DNA from: Octopus vulgaris
Taxonomy: Eukaryota
Direction of reading: 5' to 3'
Assembly (NCBI GenBank): GCA_951406725.2
Contig: OX597817.1
Span: forward strand, 37,076,001-37,140,000
DNA length: 64,000 bases
This document shows positions 1-14,189 of this stretch, one piece after another; position 1 is the first letter of the stretch; each line of letters opens with the position of its first letter. The notes under the pieces were generated by a model. That model saw only the letters and a list, made by a program, of their open reading frames with translations, ran no database searches and was not told where the DNA came from. The position numbers and the translations under genes are program-made.

Positions 1-1530
1 GAGAAATCGCAATGTGTGGATTAAAAGCAATTCAAATCTTCTGTTTTATGCTCACATAAATATTTGAATAGATAATAACAATGATATGTGTTCATGGTGT
101 TGGTTATAGAATTTTTCAATGGGGCATTATAGCAATAAAACAAAATATTGTTAATGCACCAGTAGTTTAATCATCACACGATATTGTCGACATGATAATA
201 TTTCTTTCACTGTAATGCTTGGATTATATTTTGTATAAAGTATTGCTTCTTTTGCATGTGATTCCCGTACCGTGTAACCTTTATCATCGAAAATATATTG
301 TCCGCAATATGATAAGGTTTATAAGTAGTCAGTTAGTCAAAATATGTTGAAAATGCCGTAGCTTTTCTTCACATTGTTAGAAAAACTTACTATCTGAATT
401 CGTCATAACTGCTTTGGAATTAGTTGGCGTGAGCTACAAGAAATCATTCTGATAATCTCAATTCTTTAAAATAAATCCGCTTAGTGATTCTAGATACCTG
501 AACAGAGAACTTTAAGTTGAAAATTATGCTCGGTCAGCTTATACTGATCTAGCATTTTATATAGTTGACTATTGTATATTGTAAGTAACTTTACGAATGG
601 ACATTAACATTAAGGCATCCACGAACGAATTTATAGACAGTTTAAGATGTAACATGCTTTGAATATCTAGGATTATTCACGATCATGAAATATCATTGCT
701 TAATTTCATATAAATTCATGATTCAATATGACAGATACGAGAGCATAGAAAGTAACCGAAACGTATATTCAACATCAATGACCGTTGTATAAGATACAGC
801 ACCAAAATGTAAAAGTATCTTTTGGTGAGCGAAAACCGTGGAAGGTCTTCGACTCCTGTTTAAAATACATTTCTCTTTATTGCTTTCCAAAAAAGAATAA
901 TGAACCAACGTTCAATAACTGACACAATTTAACAAAGTATTCATTACCCATTCGCCGTTGCACTTAGCAAAGTCCTCTGTACATTGTATATTAACTCAAA
1001 GCAAGCCATGTACCGTCACTTAACTCCCGATAAAATATTTGTTGCGATTCTTTCTCTCCTAAAATTGCATCTGTTTGAAACAGCCCACTAATATTTCCCT
1101 TCAGCTACTGATGTTGAAACTCAAAGTAAATATTACCTTGTGAGTAGAATTTTGTAACCTCATCATGCTTATATATATATATATATATATAGAGATTTAT
1201 ATGAGGCACAAAAGTAATGGATATTTATACATTTTATTCCAGCTTACACATTTTCCCCTTAAATTTATGAACTGGAATTAAAGGAATAAATATCTATTAT
1301 TTTACGTCTTTTCTATAATACTCTGTAACATCACACCAATTTTACTCGGTGACTAAATTTTGGATTTACAAAGTGGACTGCTGACAGTCTGTTAAAGTAT
1401 GGATTACGTCGATTTCTACATCAAGCAGAAATCAATCTAGTTAGCCAAGTTTGTTTTCTTGACAATGAACTTCTAAAGTATTTGCCCGGATCTTTAATTT
1501 CCTTTTCATTTGATACATTATATATATATA

Positions 1531-1854
1531 AAGGAGCACTCTGTCGGTTACGACGACGAGGGTCCCAGCTGATACGATCAACAGAACAGCCTGCTCGTGA
1601 AATTAACGTGCAAGTGACTGAGCAATCTACATACACACGTACCCCCAACGTAGTTCTCAGGGAGATTCAGCGTGACACAGAATGTGACAAAGCCGGCGCT
1701 TTGAAATACAGGTACAACTCATTTTTACCAGCTGAGCGGACTAGAGCAACGTGAAATAAAGTGTCTTGCTCAAGGACACGACATGTCGCCGGGAATCGAA
1801 CTCACGACCTTACAATCGTGAGCCGAATGCCCTAACCACTAAGGCACGCGCCTT

Positions 1855-1855
<1 letters not shown>
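1531..1855 (-). mobile_element. tRNA-derived SINE, family A (full length)
   Basis: The minus strand begins GAAGGCGCGTGCCTTAGTGGTTAGGGCATTCGG (A box) and contains GAGTTCGATTCCC (B box), then TGTCCTTGAGCAAGACACTTT. It is co-linear with the + copy at 53074-53400. Confidence 0.9.
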
Positions 1856-1902
<47 letters not shown>

Positions 1903-1919
1903 CACACACACACACACAC

Positions 1920-1957
<38 letters not shown>

Positions 1958-1989
1958 TTGCATGTATATATGTATATACACCTGTGGGT

Positions 1990-2400
1990 ATATGCTTTTA
2001 GTCTCGCAATACAAGAGCCATCTCATCATCCTGGATGTAGAACCTTGTGAGGGCGCAAGTGGATGTTTAGTCCAATCTACACAAGAAGGTGAAAATAGGA
2101 GGCAGTGGCAGATCAGAAGGCACATTTCTTCCAGGCCTCCAGCATTGCTCAACGAGTTACCATTTCCCTCTATACTACACTGTTCACTATGCTGTCAGTA
2201 AAGCTGTCGAAATTTCGCAGTAACACTTTTCCGGACCTTCTCGTTTACCATGCTTCAATTCATCGTAGAACAGACTTCAAGACAATAAAGAGACATCAGA
2301 ATCATTTTCTTTCTCTAACAGAGTGAAACAGGATTGTGGCCTTGGTCCCACCCTGTTCAGTTTCGTGTTTATATACATCTCATACACAGCTTCAGAGTTG
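1990..2400 (+). mobile_element. Degenerate RTE-clade LINE fragments
   Basis: Translation from 2323, VKQDCGLGPTLFSFVF, resembles the RTE RT motif GVKQGCVLAPTLFSIF. The adjacent sequence is heavily decayed. Confidence 0.55.
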
Positions 2401-4199
2401 AAGTCACAAACACCGGTATTGGCAAAGATGACAACTACTGTACAAAAGACTCAGCTTTCAAACTTAGAACGTATACATGTACTTGTGTTAATAAATTTAT
2501 GTATGTTCATGTATTTATATATACTTTATAGGAATTATTTTTTAATGTTTCTGATACAATACTGTCTATGAAAAGCTAATGTTATAATAAAAGTTAATTA
2601 TTCGATAAAATCAATACTAGACCAAAATACGTACTGGAATCAATATGATCGATTAAGTTCTTGAAGGCAGAGTAATACAACATGGCCGCAGTCTGATGAC
2701 TGAAACTGGCAGAAAAATAAAAGACTTGACAGCGTTGACGCTTCGCACTTAAGCCTTTTCCCCATTTAAGTCCTTTCTGTTAATATATTGTTATTACTCT
2801 TTTACAAACTAATCTACACAAATATTCTATACCACAGGCTAAGTACTTAACCAAACGAAAGACACGTACAGCTTTACATCAGTCGCATGGTTATCATAGC
2901 CAGAGAACTTGGCTTCACACTGGTTCTTTGCCTACTTATTTGTAAAGTGAAACAATCTCATACGTATCTACTTATTTAAAATGATGAGACCTCTGCTTTT
3001 TTTAATGATGAAAACATGATAAAATGAACTATCGAGTTAATTATTCTTAAACTACCTTAACCATTTTACTTTCTACTCTATATAACGTTTAGAGTATATA
3101 GGAGATTAGACTTTAGGTTGAAACCAGATATTCTCAAATGCAATTTCACTTAGAACAGTAACGGTAACGAAACAATTGCCAAGTATAATGTAGCTGTCAC
3201 TTTCAACTATGTGGTATTATACCCAACAATAGTACCCACTTTATGCTATAAGAAATAGGTCAGGAACAATTTAACAGGCTTGACAACAAACAGGCACATT
3301 GAAGTACTCTTTCAGAGACTAAACGCTGTCTTCTAGAGTAGTTGTTTAACTGATTTCTCTATCACCCTTACTTTCTAGCCTGAATTAACATTTTATCTTT
3401 TTACCTATTAGATTATAACCAACCTTTTCTGTTTTCATTATGGATGTATTAAATCCTTGCAATTCTTTTTTACTCCTTGACAGCTCTATCAATGAACATG
3501 ACACTTAGCGAAAAATTGGAATATTTTCCGCGGGTCTACGTTTGTTCAAGTCTGTCAACATGAAATAAGTGAAATAAGATATATTACTATTGCCTATACC
3601 ATTTGAGATGTCATAAAACTGCAGTAAAATGTAGGCTTCTTTTACTCTTGTCTCCCTACCAAATTTGTTTGTGTACGGGTGAGTGAATTAAATCATCCCT
3701 AATTTGTTACCGCTAATTATTTGACAAAGGATACACAAATCAGACAGATAAATGAACTGCCTTGTCCGTCTTCCAGCTTATCAAGTTATTACGGGCAACG
3801 TATAAGTTACTTTATCAAATAATTACCTGCAATAAATATGTAAATTGTGGAAATTAAATATTGTAAGGCTGTCTATGCACTATTATAACTGTAATTAAGT
3901 AATGACACGTGAGTCTTTGCATTTTCTTTTTTTACATTTATATACGATGAATAATGGAATATATTAAAGTACATACTTTCCTCAAAGGTATTAAGGAACG
4001 TAAGTTTTAGAATTAGCTTCTTTCGTACAACTCAGCTCACTGCAGCGCACGTCAATGAGTAGTAGTAATAACTCTAAAATTAGATAATTTATGGAGACTT
4101 GTACCACTTAACCGTATATTCCCACATTCTTCGTTGTTTTTTCTTAGATTCTTAGTTTTAGATTCTTTATATTCTTTAGATTTATACTGTAAAATAACT

Positions 4200-4480
4200 T
4201 GTTCTCTACCTATTGGAATCTTTTTTTTCCGTTTACCGAACCTCTATGTTGCGGCAATATAAGCAAACAAGAACCAGTTGCCAAGCCCTGGGGTGAAAAC
4301 ACTACACATACAAGCATGTATATACGAGTGGCTTCCATATTATTTCCGTTTAACAAATTCACTTACAAGACAATGGTCAGCCCAGGGTTATAGTAGAAGA
4401 CACTTGGCCAAAATGCTGTGCAGTGAGCCCCTGAAAACAGGTTGCAAAGCGAAATTCTTAATCGCGTAGCCATGCTGCGC
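4200..4480 (-). mobile_element. Degenerate SINE family B copy
   Basis: TATAGTAGAAGACACTTGGCCAA and ACCGAACC...AAGCAAACAAGAACCAGTTGCCAAGC match family B segments with many substitutions. Confidence 0.65.
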
Positions 4481-4919
4481 TAATGCGTGTCTATATGTTT
4501 GTTTTACTTACGTTTTTTTACGTTTCCTTCGCACGATTTCAGATGGTCACTTACGATGTGACAAGTTTCTTTCGCGTGAGTGAAGACAGTGTCTAATATT
4601 TCTGAATATGTGAGTGAACTGGTTTGTTCATCTGTTGATACCTCTGTACAAACATTGCACTTACGAATAGGTTAACAACTAAATATGTAGTATATGAGTG
4701 CGTGTATTTGTATCTTAGTGTAAGCCTTCTGCATATGTGTTCGTATGCATATGTTTATGCTAAGCAGCGCAAATGGAGAATCTAGAAAATTTTTGTTGCA
4801 AATGTTCGCTATTCTTCGAATCGATTGGAATTGGAGACTACAAGTTAATTTGTTTTGTTCTTTCTTGGAGAATTGTGGCATTTCGAGGCTATTTTGAAAA
4901 TTTGTCGTCCAGTGCTCTA

Positions 4920-5139
4920 TTATTGGTTTCAAATTTTGGCACAAGTCCAGCAGTTTCGGGGAAGGAGTAAGTCAATTACATCGACCACAGTGTTGAACTG
5001 GCATTTATTTTATCGACCTCCTTAAGGATGAAAGACAAAGTCGACCTCAGCGGAATTTGAACGCAGAACGTAAAGACAGACGAAATGCCGCTAAGCATTT
5101 CGCCTAGCGTGCTAACGAATCTGCCAGCATGCTACCTTC
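4920..5139 (-). mobile_element. SINE family C (alternative-tail variant)
   Basis: GGATGAAAGACAAAGTCGACCTCAGCGGAATTTGAAC...GCTAAGCATTTCGCC...GTGCTAACG..TCTGCCAGC is the reverse complement of the family C head and central domain. Confidence 0.85.
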
Positions 5140-5199
5140 CAATGCACTATTATTGTCAGTGACAAGGGTTGTTTTGTTGGTGTCAATACAAGCGATGTA

Positions 5200-6930
5200 T
5201 ATTCCTCATTAACTCGCTGTATATGTTCTTATTTTCCTTTATTTAAATGAGACGTTCACATCCTCTGAGCAGTTGACCTCTACGACAGTTCACCATTTTT
5301 GTTTCCTACTCCTATAAAACAATATCCTCCATATTCTACATGTATCGAGTGGTTGTTGTATTGTATTGTTGTATTGCACTGTGCCACCAATATTGTTCTG
5401 TTTCTTCTTTTAAAAGATGATGGTATATTCGGATTCTTGTGAATCTTTTGTACGACAGCCTGAACAATCTTCTGAATATTATTGTAAATTTTGTTTAGCA
5501 CAAAATATCATAACTCATGCGGGGGTAATATCTTACTAGCACTTTTAGATAACTGATGATGATATGGATGTTATTTTCCCCACTGGTTTCACATACTCGA
5601 GATTTTATATCAAAATTTGAAGATTTAGAGGCTTCATTATATTTCCTAGTGATGTAGTAACTATCTTATGTTCCTGAGTGACGAATGCGTATTCTTGTAG
5701 GTGACATTGGCATACCTATAACAGGTACATGAGCTTTCACACTTCGACTCTATATTGTTCATATCCTCTAATTTGTGAACATATATTCACGAATATATCT
5801 CTACTAATATAATGAATGTTTCTATTCTTAGTCATTTGAAGCTAGTGCAACTAATCTTGGTTCCCATAGATTAGCTAAATACTCAGACAATTTATTGAAG
5901 CTTTCTTCACTTTCCCTTATGTTATTAATGCTTTTGCTGTTGAGTTCACATGGAATATATTCACTTTCGCTTTTATTGTTCAGCAGAGTGGGAGTTGTCT
6001 AACTGATAAGGAAGCAGCTCTCAAAGGCCGTTTGTAGTGAGTTAATGCCTAAGCCTCCATCTCTTCAATTAACACAGTTACTCTTAGTAGCAATGTTGAT
6101 GTGGAAGATAACAGCGATGGTTAGTTTCTTCTTAGTTTTGACTCTGATGTCATGGATCTTTTTATATGTCCAGTCTAATACTCCAAATACTAGCAGTACT
6201 GTAAACTCAATCTGTGATATGGTCTTATTGAATGTGCACAGATCTGGTTTTAATTACTGCTCCAATTTATGCCATATTCTCATCGATTTTGAAATAATTG
6301 TATTACTCGCTGTTGGAAATATATATAGCCGAAACATCATTAATATTCATAAATCTTGCCTAGTCAATTATCTTTTTTCGATTGAGAACCGAATTTAAGC
6401 ACTTATTCTAAACAAACTCCATTCCTTTGTCCCGCGAGAATGTTGTCTCTTGCCGTCGTTAATATTACTTGAATAAAGCCTAAGTTAATTTTTTTTCTCT
6501 GTAGATCCTAATTCGTAGCATTTGTATTTCCTCGACAGAATGGATGCCAGAAACAAAATATTTCAGGCAAGCTGCCACTTTGAAATATTCTAGTCGACAG
6601 CCAAATTCTGTTTGTGATTATAGCAGAAGGCTAAGTTGTTATCGATAACTGTGTGCACCATCTTGTGTTTTGTCTTAATGATATCGACTATAATATATTG
6701 AACCAAGGCCAAATATAGTGGCTCCAGTATCCGGGAATGAGGAACAGACTCAAACGTTTTCTCACAATATGCCCATGCAGACAGTAGACTTCGTTGATGT
6801 TTCGTATTCCTTAAGGACATTTTTGTTTTATGAGGACCTATTTGACACACTTCCTGACTTAGTTCTTTCGTCTCACTTCTTATTCGCCACGTTACTGATT
6901 TTATAGCGATACAGGAGAAATACACTCATG
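5200..6930 (-). mobile_element. Fossil R4/Dong-like non-LTR retrotransposon (RT + zinc knuckle + RLE-type endonuclease), pseudogenised
   Basis: Minus-strand motifs occur in the expected order: AWAYCEKTFESVPHSRIL (cf. AWIDYKKAFDSVPHSWIL, ~6780-6730); FGVLDWTYKKIHDIRVKTKKKLT..FH..RDGGLGINSL (thumb, ~6190-6035); KSRVCETSGENNIHII (decayed CCHC knuckle, ~5600-5555); TILVAQCNTTIQYNN..YCFIGVG (start of RLE domain, ~5395-5305). There are many stops and frameshifts, and the element may extend to ~7600. Confidence 0.75.
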
Positions 6931-8153
6931 AAAATTATGTACAGTTTATACGTAGTATTTAGCCATGCTACGAGTCGTTATTCATCGACGTACTTGTGCT
7001 TCTTGCTTCTAAGATTTGTGTTAACCGTGCACCCTTGACCAGTCTGGCACATCGAGTTCAGTTTCGATTATTCTTTTGAACGTGTTGGCGAGAACTCCTC
7101 TGTAGAACTTGAACTTCTTGTACCCGTATCTGACTACTAGATCTCCCCCGGCCGATTTTCCATGCGGCTTATCTGCATCAATTATCAGGAGAGATTCATT
7201 GGTGATTTATATTTTAGGAGTCACTATCACAATATTAACTATGTAAATTCATTAACCACTTTGCATCACCGTACTTGTTTGTTTACACTCCAGATCCTAC
7301 CCCTTAATAGCCCTAGATCATCTTGGATGGAGCCTCAACAACCTAGATTGTATGGGCTTTCATGTTGTGATATACCACTTGACTGTAAGCTTGGGGATCA
7401 GGGTCTATCTATATTATAAATTCTTACGATGATATAGCCTTTTACTGCTTGTTATTCATATTTCCGGGCAACTAATTTATCCATGAATACCTCACGTAGA
7501 CTTTGAATTGTCTCTTCTATAGCTGCAGCTGTTGATTTGCAAATTTATTATTCATTTCGCATCTGATGACGGTTTCTACATGACTCTGAATCAGTTTTAG
7601 AGGGATGTGACCCATTTTGGTTGTGTGTTTGAATTTCGGTTTGCAATCTTTTATGCCCCATCTAAGACAGCAAATGTCTGATCTTGGATTACATCAAAGT
7701 TACAAGATTTTCTTTAGACTTAAGTTTTTATTGCTTTTTCACATAGTTTATATAATTTTATCATATTTGTATATATACGCAGAACATTTCATGACTTAAG
7801 ATGCTTACGTATGAAATTTTACATAATTTGGTATTGATTAGAAGTGGATTGAAGTTATAGTTTGTCTTCCAGTCATAATGTACTGAAGGTCATCTAATAC
7901 ATATGTAAGAACAACGCCATTTCCTGTCAGGTGATAGACGTTTCAAATTCTGACAAAATAATATTTATTTTATGGAAAATAATCTCCACTTCCCTGTATC
8001 TCGCTCCCGCGACGTATACCAATGGGGATAAAATAAGGAAAACAACTAACAGCTCTTTGTGTTTCTTTCATTGTTTAACTTAACTTTAATGCATACATAG
8101 ATACATATAAATACAGCCTGCGTTTGCTCGAACTGTCAGAAATAGTAGTCTAA

Positions 8154-8519
8154 GGTGGCGAGTTGGCAGAAACGTTAGCGCGCCGGGCGAAATGCTTACT
8201 GGTATATTGTCTGCCGCTACGTTCTGAGTTCAAATTCCATCGAGGTTGACTTTGCCTTTCATCCTTTCGGGGTTGATTAAATAAGTACCAGTTACTGGGG
8301 ACTTAATCCGTTTGTCTATCCTTGTTTGTCCTCTTTGTGTTTAGCCCCTTGTGGGTAGTAAAGAAATAGGTATATCGTTTGCCGTTACGTTCTGAGTTCA
8401 AATTCCGCCGAGGTCGACTTTGCCTTTCATCTTTTCGGGGTCGATAAGTAAACTACCAGTTACGCACTGTCCTTGTTTGTCCTCTCTATGTTTAGTCCCC
8501 TGTGGGCAATAAAGAAATA
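8154..8519 (+). mobile_element. SINE family C, head-body-tail-body-tail dimer with 16-bp TSD
   Basis: GGTGGCGAGTTGGCAGAAACGTTAGC head, two copies of GACTTTGCCTTTCATC.TTTCGGGG, and the flanking direct repeat AGAAATAGTAGTCTAA at 8138-8153 and 8520-8535. Confidence 0.9.
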
Positions 8520-9044
8520 AGAAATAGTAGTCTAATATCAAATCATAATCTACCGTCTTGCAAAAGGGAAAACTGCCATTGCGTAATGTTTTCCTAGTTA
8601 TACTTTGCCCAAAATTACGAGAGGATTGGCACGGTTGGAACACATTTTATCACAGGTTTGCTTAATCAGTTTGACCGGGAGCTGAAGAACAGCCACAACA
8701 ACAAAACATATTTATGCTAAATCCATGCATATACATATATACATACATACATTTGTATGAAATTTGTGCTAAACACATTCGTACACATGTGAATGCATAC
8801 AGACTTTCTCAATTGCAATTAATGATTGTATATGTTAATAGCGACGTGGTGAACATGATGACTTTAATTAATGGAGACATGCAGCTTGAAGAGGTAAACA
8901 CCATGGAACCGAATATGCACAAAACAAAGGCAAATCTGATAATTCGAAATGAAAGAAAAATATTTTTGATGATTCGACGCATCAGAGTCCCAAGTAGGAG
9001 ACAAGTTTTTCTTTAAACAGATATGAATGCGTCTCTGTGCGTGT

Positions 9045-9065
9045 ATTATATAATTATATAAATAC

Positions 9066-9111
<46 letters not shown>

Positions 9112-9195
9112 ACATATATATACATATATATACATATATATATATATACATATATGTATACATACATATACATATATATACATATATATATACAC

Positions 9196-9258
<63 letters not shown>

Positions 9259-9401
9259 CATATATATATATGCATACATACATATATTTATATATACATA
9301 TATATATACATACATGCATATATATATATACATACTAACATACATGCATATATATACATATATATATACTTGCGTATATATATATATAATTATATAAATA
9401 C

Positions 9402-9436
<35 letters not shown>

Positions 9437-9479
9437 TACATAGACATAGACATACGCAAGCTGAATGAATATATATATG

Positions 9480-9520
<41 letters not shown>

Positions 9521-9690
9521 ATATATATATGTATGTATGTGTGTGTGTGCGTGTAAATGTGTTGTACGGTTGTATATCACTGTACATATATTTATGTCTA
9601 CATATGTGTGTGTATCTATCTATATATATATATGCATGTATGCACACATACACACACACACACACACACATACACATGCACACGCACATT
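9045..9690. repeat. Complex (TA)n/(TACA)n/(TG)n/(CA)n microsatellite
   Basis: Seen directly; it explains the YIYI-type ORFs. Confidence 0.95.
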
Positions 9691-10549
9691 TTTTTGTTTT
9701 CGTTAAAAGAGCTACTGCTACAAAGAGATTATCTAGATGAGAGGCATTCATTCTTTACCCATACATCCATTGTTGACACCGCTACTACTGCTGCTGCTAC
9801 CAGCACTGTCACTGGCTCTGCTGCCAAAATAACAGTTACTATGCCATCTGTAGAAGGAGAGGTAGTAGAAGTAGTAGTAGTAGAACTAGTAGTAGTAGTA
9901 GCTGTTGGTAATACGGTTTTGCTTCTTGTGTGCATGATTACGTTGAAAGTGAAATCTAAACCATTTCAAAAGAACTTATAAGTCGACAAGGGATCCCGAA
10001 AGTTGATAAGATACAACAGCCGAGTTATCGTAGGTAATCTGAGAACTGAGCTGCTTAGGTGACTCATAAAGAAAAAAATGCTATTTATTTGGTCATGTGT
10101 TGTTGTTTTTGCTACTTCTTATTTATGCATTTATCTATGTTTATTTTTTTTTCTTCATTTCTTTATCTCTGTATTTGTTTATTTATATATTATTATTTCA
10201 CATGTAGCGAACATCGTTTAATTAGAGTTTTCTGCAGGTCATACGTCTGCAGTTCGGTTTCAATTTCACATTGGAAATATTATGTTGTTCAATTCTTGTT
10301 AATTCTTTTGCAGTAAGTGTTTGGAAATTAAGCATTCCTCTTCATCTATAGGTGACTTCGGGAGTTTATTTGTCTTCACTTTACCCATCAGAATTACCAG
10401 CCAGTGCTCCCTCATTTATCACATAATACCGTCTGAAATAAAAGATACTTTGGCTAACATAGTTCCTGATCGAATAACCAACTGATTAAGGCGTCCTCCT
10501 GGGGTTGAAATGGTAGTAACAGCGGTTCCCCTATGTATACACACATACA

Positions 10550-10601
<52 letters not shown>

Positions 10602-10657
10602 ATCTCGCCCGGTCCGGCCACCAGTAGGGTTGGCAGATCGAAATCTCTCTCTTTCTC

Positions 10658-10699
<42 letters not shown>

Positions 10700-11002
10700 C
10701 ACACAAAAAAGTTAAAAGAAATGGAGATTTACGATTGACATATTTTAAATGTAGTTTACTAATTTGTTAATTAATAATAATTTGTTAATATATTTTAATA
10801 AATTATATTTCAAATGTGTCAACTGTAAATCTCCATTATCTTCTAGATTTTGTATATTGAATATATACCCTTTTGAGTTGTGAAAAGCTTTTCTCTGCCA
10901 TATTGGGTATTTACTTAAAAAGCAGTGGAAAATTGCATGGTTTTCGATTCCTGAAAAGGAAATTTTTTTTTCCTCGTATTGAATTATATATACGTACATC
11001 AA

Positions 11003-11296
11003 CGCTGGCTCATGATTATAAGATCGTATGTTTGATGCCTGGCGACGCGTTGTGGTCGTGTGCAAGACACACTGTTTCAAGTTGCTCTAATCCACTCAGC
11101 TGGCAAAAATAAGTTGTACTTGTATTTAAAAGGGCCAGTGTTGTTACATTCTGTATCATGCTGAGTCTGTCTGAGAGTATTTTATGAGTAGGCGATTCTG
11201 TGGAATGCTCAGCCAATTGCCTGTTAATTTCAGAGGGGGTGTTTCTTTGATCAGATCGAGTGGAACCTCCATCGTTGTTACCGACGGAGTACCAGT
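11003..11296 (+). mobile_element. Degenerate SINE family A copy (5' truncated)
   Basis: GGCGACGCGTTGTG..GCAAGACAC..CCACTCAGCTGGCAAAAATAAGTTGTAC...CCGACGGAGTACC matches 53074-53400. Confidence 0.8.
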
Positions 11297-14189
11297 TATA
11301 TATAAACAGAATGGTAACGGCTGGAACCTACGTAATCCTAGGTTTGCTTGATCACGTCTGACCTGGTGCTAAAATAACAACGGTAGCAATTCAAGTATCG
11401 CTGATATTCTTCTAGTTCCTGCATGAACAAGATGTCTTCAGCTGTCATATATTCACGTAAGGTACTAAGAAAATAACTGAGAAACTAATTATTTAGCCTC
11501 CGGTCAGCTCTGATCGAACATATCTGAGGTTGAAAGCGTTCCAGCTGTGGCCATGTGTTCAGTTATCACATCTTACTTTCATGTTATTCATAAGTAATAC
11601 GTATGATAATTTGAACAGGATTGAACAAACATCTACGTGAACGGTGACATTGCATTGTGTTACAACTAATAGAGTTGTATGTCTAGCTGCTAAATACCTG
11701 CGGTTATATTTTTCGATAATTATATCTCTTTGTGTCCTCGAAACCATTATTATCTTTTTGAGTTGTTTACTAGAAGGTTTAGTTTAGGTTCGAAAAATGC
11801 TTTAATAAAATGCAATTATAAGGGTTCTCGTTATATATTTTTATAATAGCTGCTGCAACATATTGGGCTGTAATGAGTCCCATTGGGCTTCCGAAACATA
11901 ATTGCTGACTTTGTTCTCATGCAATGTTGATCAAATAAATCTGTGTAGGCGTGCATTTTATCCCCAAGCTATACAAACAGATGGAGCTGAATTTAATTTT
12001 GCACTCTAGCGAAATACTTGCTAGTTATACATTACTTTAGCTCACTGTAATAATTTTCTGAGCCGTTGTTTTATACATCTTTATAACTGAGTTAAATGGA
12101 TCGTCAAGTGTTAAGAGCATTTGCCAGTAACACAGCATCACTACCAAGAATGAAATTACCGAGCATTTTTTGGTAGTCCGGCAGTTTGTGCGTTGATAAA
12201 AGTGCAGACGGCTCATTAGATAATATAGCTTTCAACAAGTCTAGGGGTTGGTAGTTCAGATCCTGTTACAGGCAATCCTGTCCTGGACTGCGCCTCAGTC
12301 CAAGACATTTAACTATCCAGTGCGCAGGATCTAGAAATCTTGCTATAAATATAAGTAGAAGTTCTTAAAATAAAATTTTTTTAAATCGCGTATCATTTGG
12401 TAAGAGAAATGGGATCCACCAGGCTACTATGCCTGAAATTATTCACATGAAAATAAACGTTTTGGCTGTACACGTTTGATTCAGTAAGCTGTAGAATTGC
12501 CTAGGGATTGCCTACAGAGACTCATCAATACCACCTACCACATATTTCTATGCCATAATCCACTCACACTAATCGAATGATGAATGAATAATCAAACTGA
12601 ATTATGATTTTCTTCTAATAAATTATTTCTTGCCATATTCTTAATAATGATTAGTTTAAATATACTTTACACCATAGAGTATGTGACTATGTAATTCAGT
12701 GCATGTAAACAAGCCTGTTTTACGGTAAAAATTGTTTAAGGCTAAAACCTAGCATAATGAGATCATGTGATATGAAAGTAGACTGTCGCCATTTTAGATC
12801 AGCTTTGAGTCACTTCAGGCTACATATCGTGGTCACACGATCTTTGAATTATATTAAATTAGAAGAAATTATTTCATATTTCCGTTCAGCGTATGACACT
12901 CATGAATTTTCAATATGTCTTAAATTATATACTCCTGTGGCTAAGAAGTATTGCATGATATTTATGAACAGACGTTATGGAACAAAGCCAATCGTATATA
13001 TTCATGTGCTGGTACTGATGTCGTCTGCTAAATTTTTACTTTCGAATTTAATACGAAGAAAACATTATTAATTTATAAGCTGTATATCTGTATTTCTTTG
13101 ATCGGGCAATAAGCTCTAAAATTAGTCTCTTAAACTATATTGTTACCTGAGGTAACAATATAATTTTATTAAGAATTGAGTGTAAACTTTATTTAATATT
13201 CCTAAACTTATTTTATTGAGTGATTAATATCAGTGTGATGGCAATGGTTGTTAGATTAAAAGATTAAAGTTTCACACTCCTTTGAAATCTGTTTTTATTT
13301 TCCATTTATAGTCAAACACTAGAGTACGACTTCCGATTATGGCAGTATTGATTTCTTACATCGGCATAGGGTTAAACATTTGCGGTTGAGAAATTGTTGA
13401 TTTAACTGAACCTAGTGTATATTTCATTTATTTATTTATTATATTTTACTGGTATACACAATTAGTGCATGATATCGTCATTGAAAATAGATATCCTGCA
13501 TTTTAAGGGATCGACTGTAATTCAAAGCAGAACAAATATCTCCAGGGACTTCGCTTACAAAAACATTTGTTTTCGGTGATGTTTATCCTTTTGCACAACA
13601 TATTTTAACTAACAGAATAGCATTCATTAACTCTCTCCCTCCCCCCTCTCTCTCTCTCTCACGCACACACGCACACACACACACACACAAACACACAAAC
13701 AACCAGACAAACTCACACACATGTATGTGTGGCGGGGTACGACGAGTTTGGTAAACTTACAGTTTCCGAGTACCCAACTTTTCTATTCTCAACAGAAGAC
13801 CAATGTTAGAAAAGACTTGCACAAAGCAAATACCATGGCATATATTTCGTAACCACGCGGCGGCACCCTTAATTGACACACATTATATTTATATAAGATG
13901 GATGACAAAAAAATTGAACCTTGATGCAATTTGAATGCAAAAAGTAGATGAACTTGGTTAAATAACTCGAAATGTACCTACTTTAAAATCATTTTTGCCG
14001 TCCACCAGCTATTCTATTCTGTTCTGTTCAGCCGCATCAATCCATTGTTGAAAGACGCCTTGAAATGCCATTATCCACTTATCTAAGATGGTTTAGACCT
14101 ACATGTACGTTATGCCAAGCTATTAGTTAGACGGTGTGCTCCGTGTGCGGTGTGTGGTCCCTGCGAATCGGCATCCTCTAGAGATAATC

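Noticed and set aside
170-480. Possible Penelope endonuclease C-terminus (KEAILYTKYNPSI) on the minus strand
   Set aside because: A single short motif with no upstream GIY-YIG or RT motifs recognisable.
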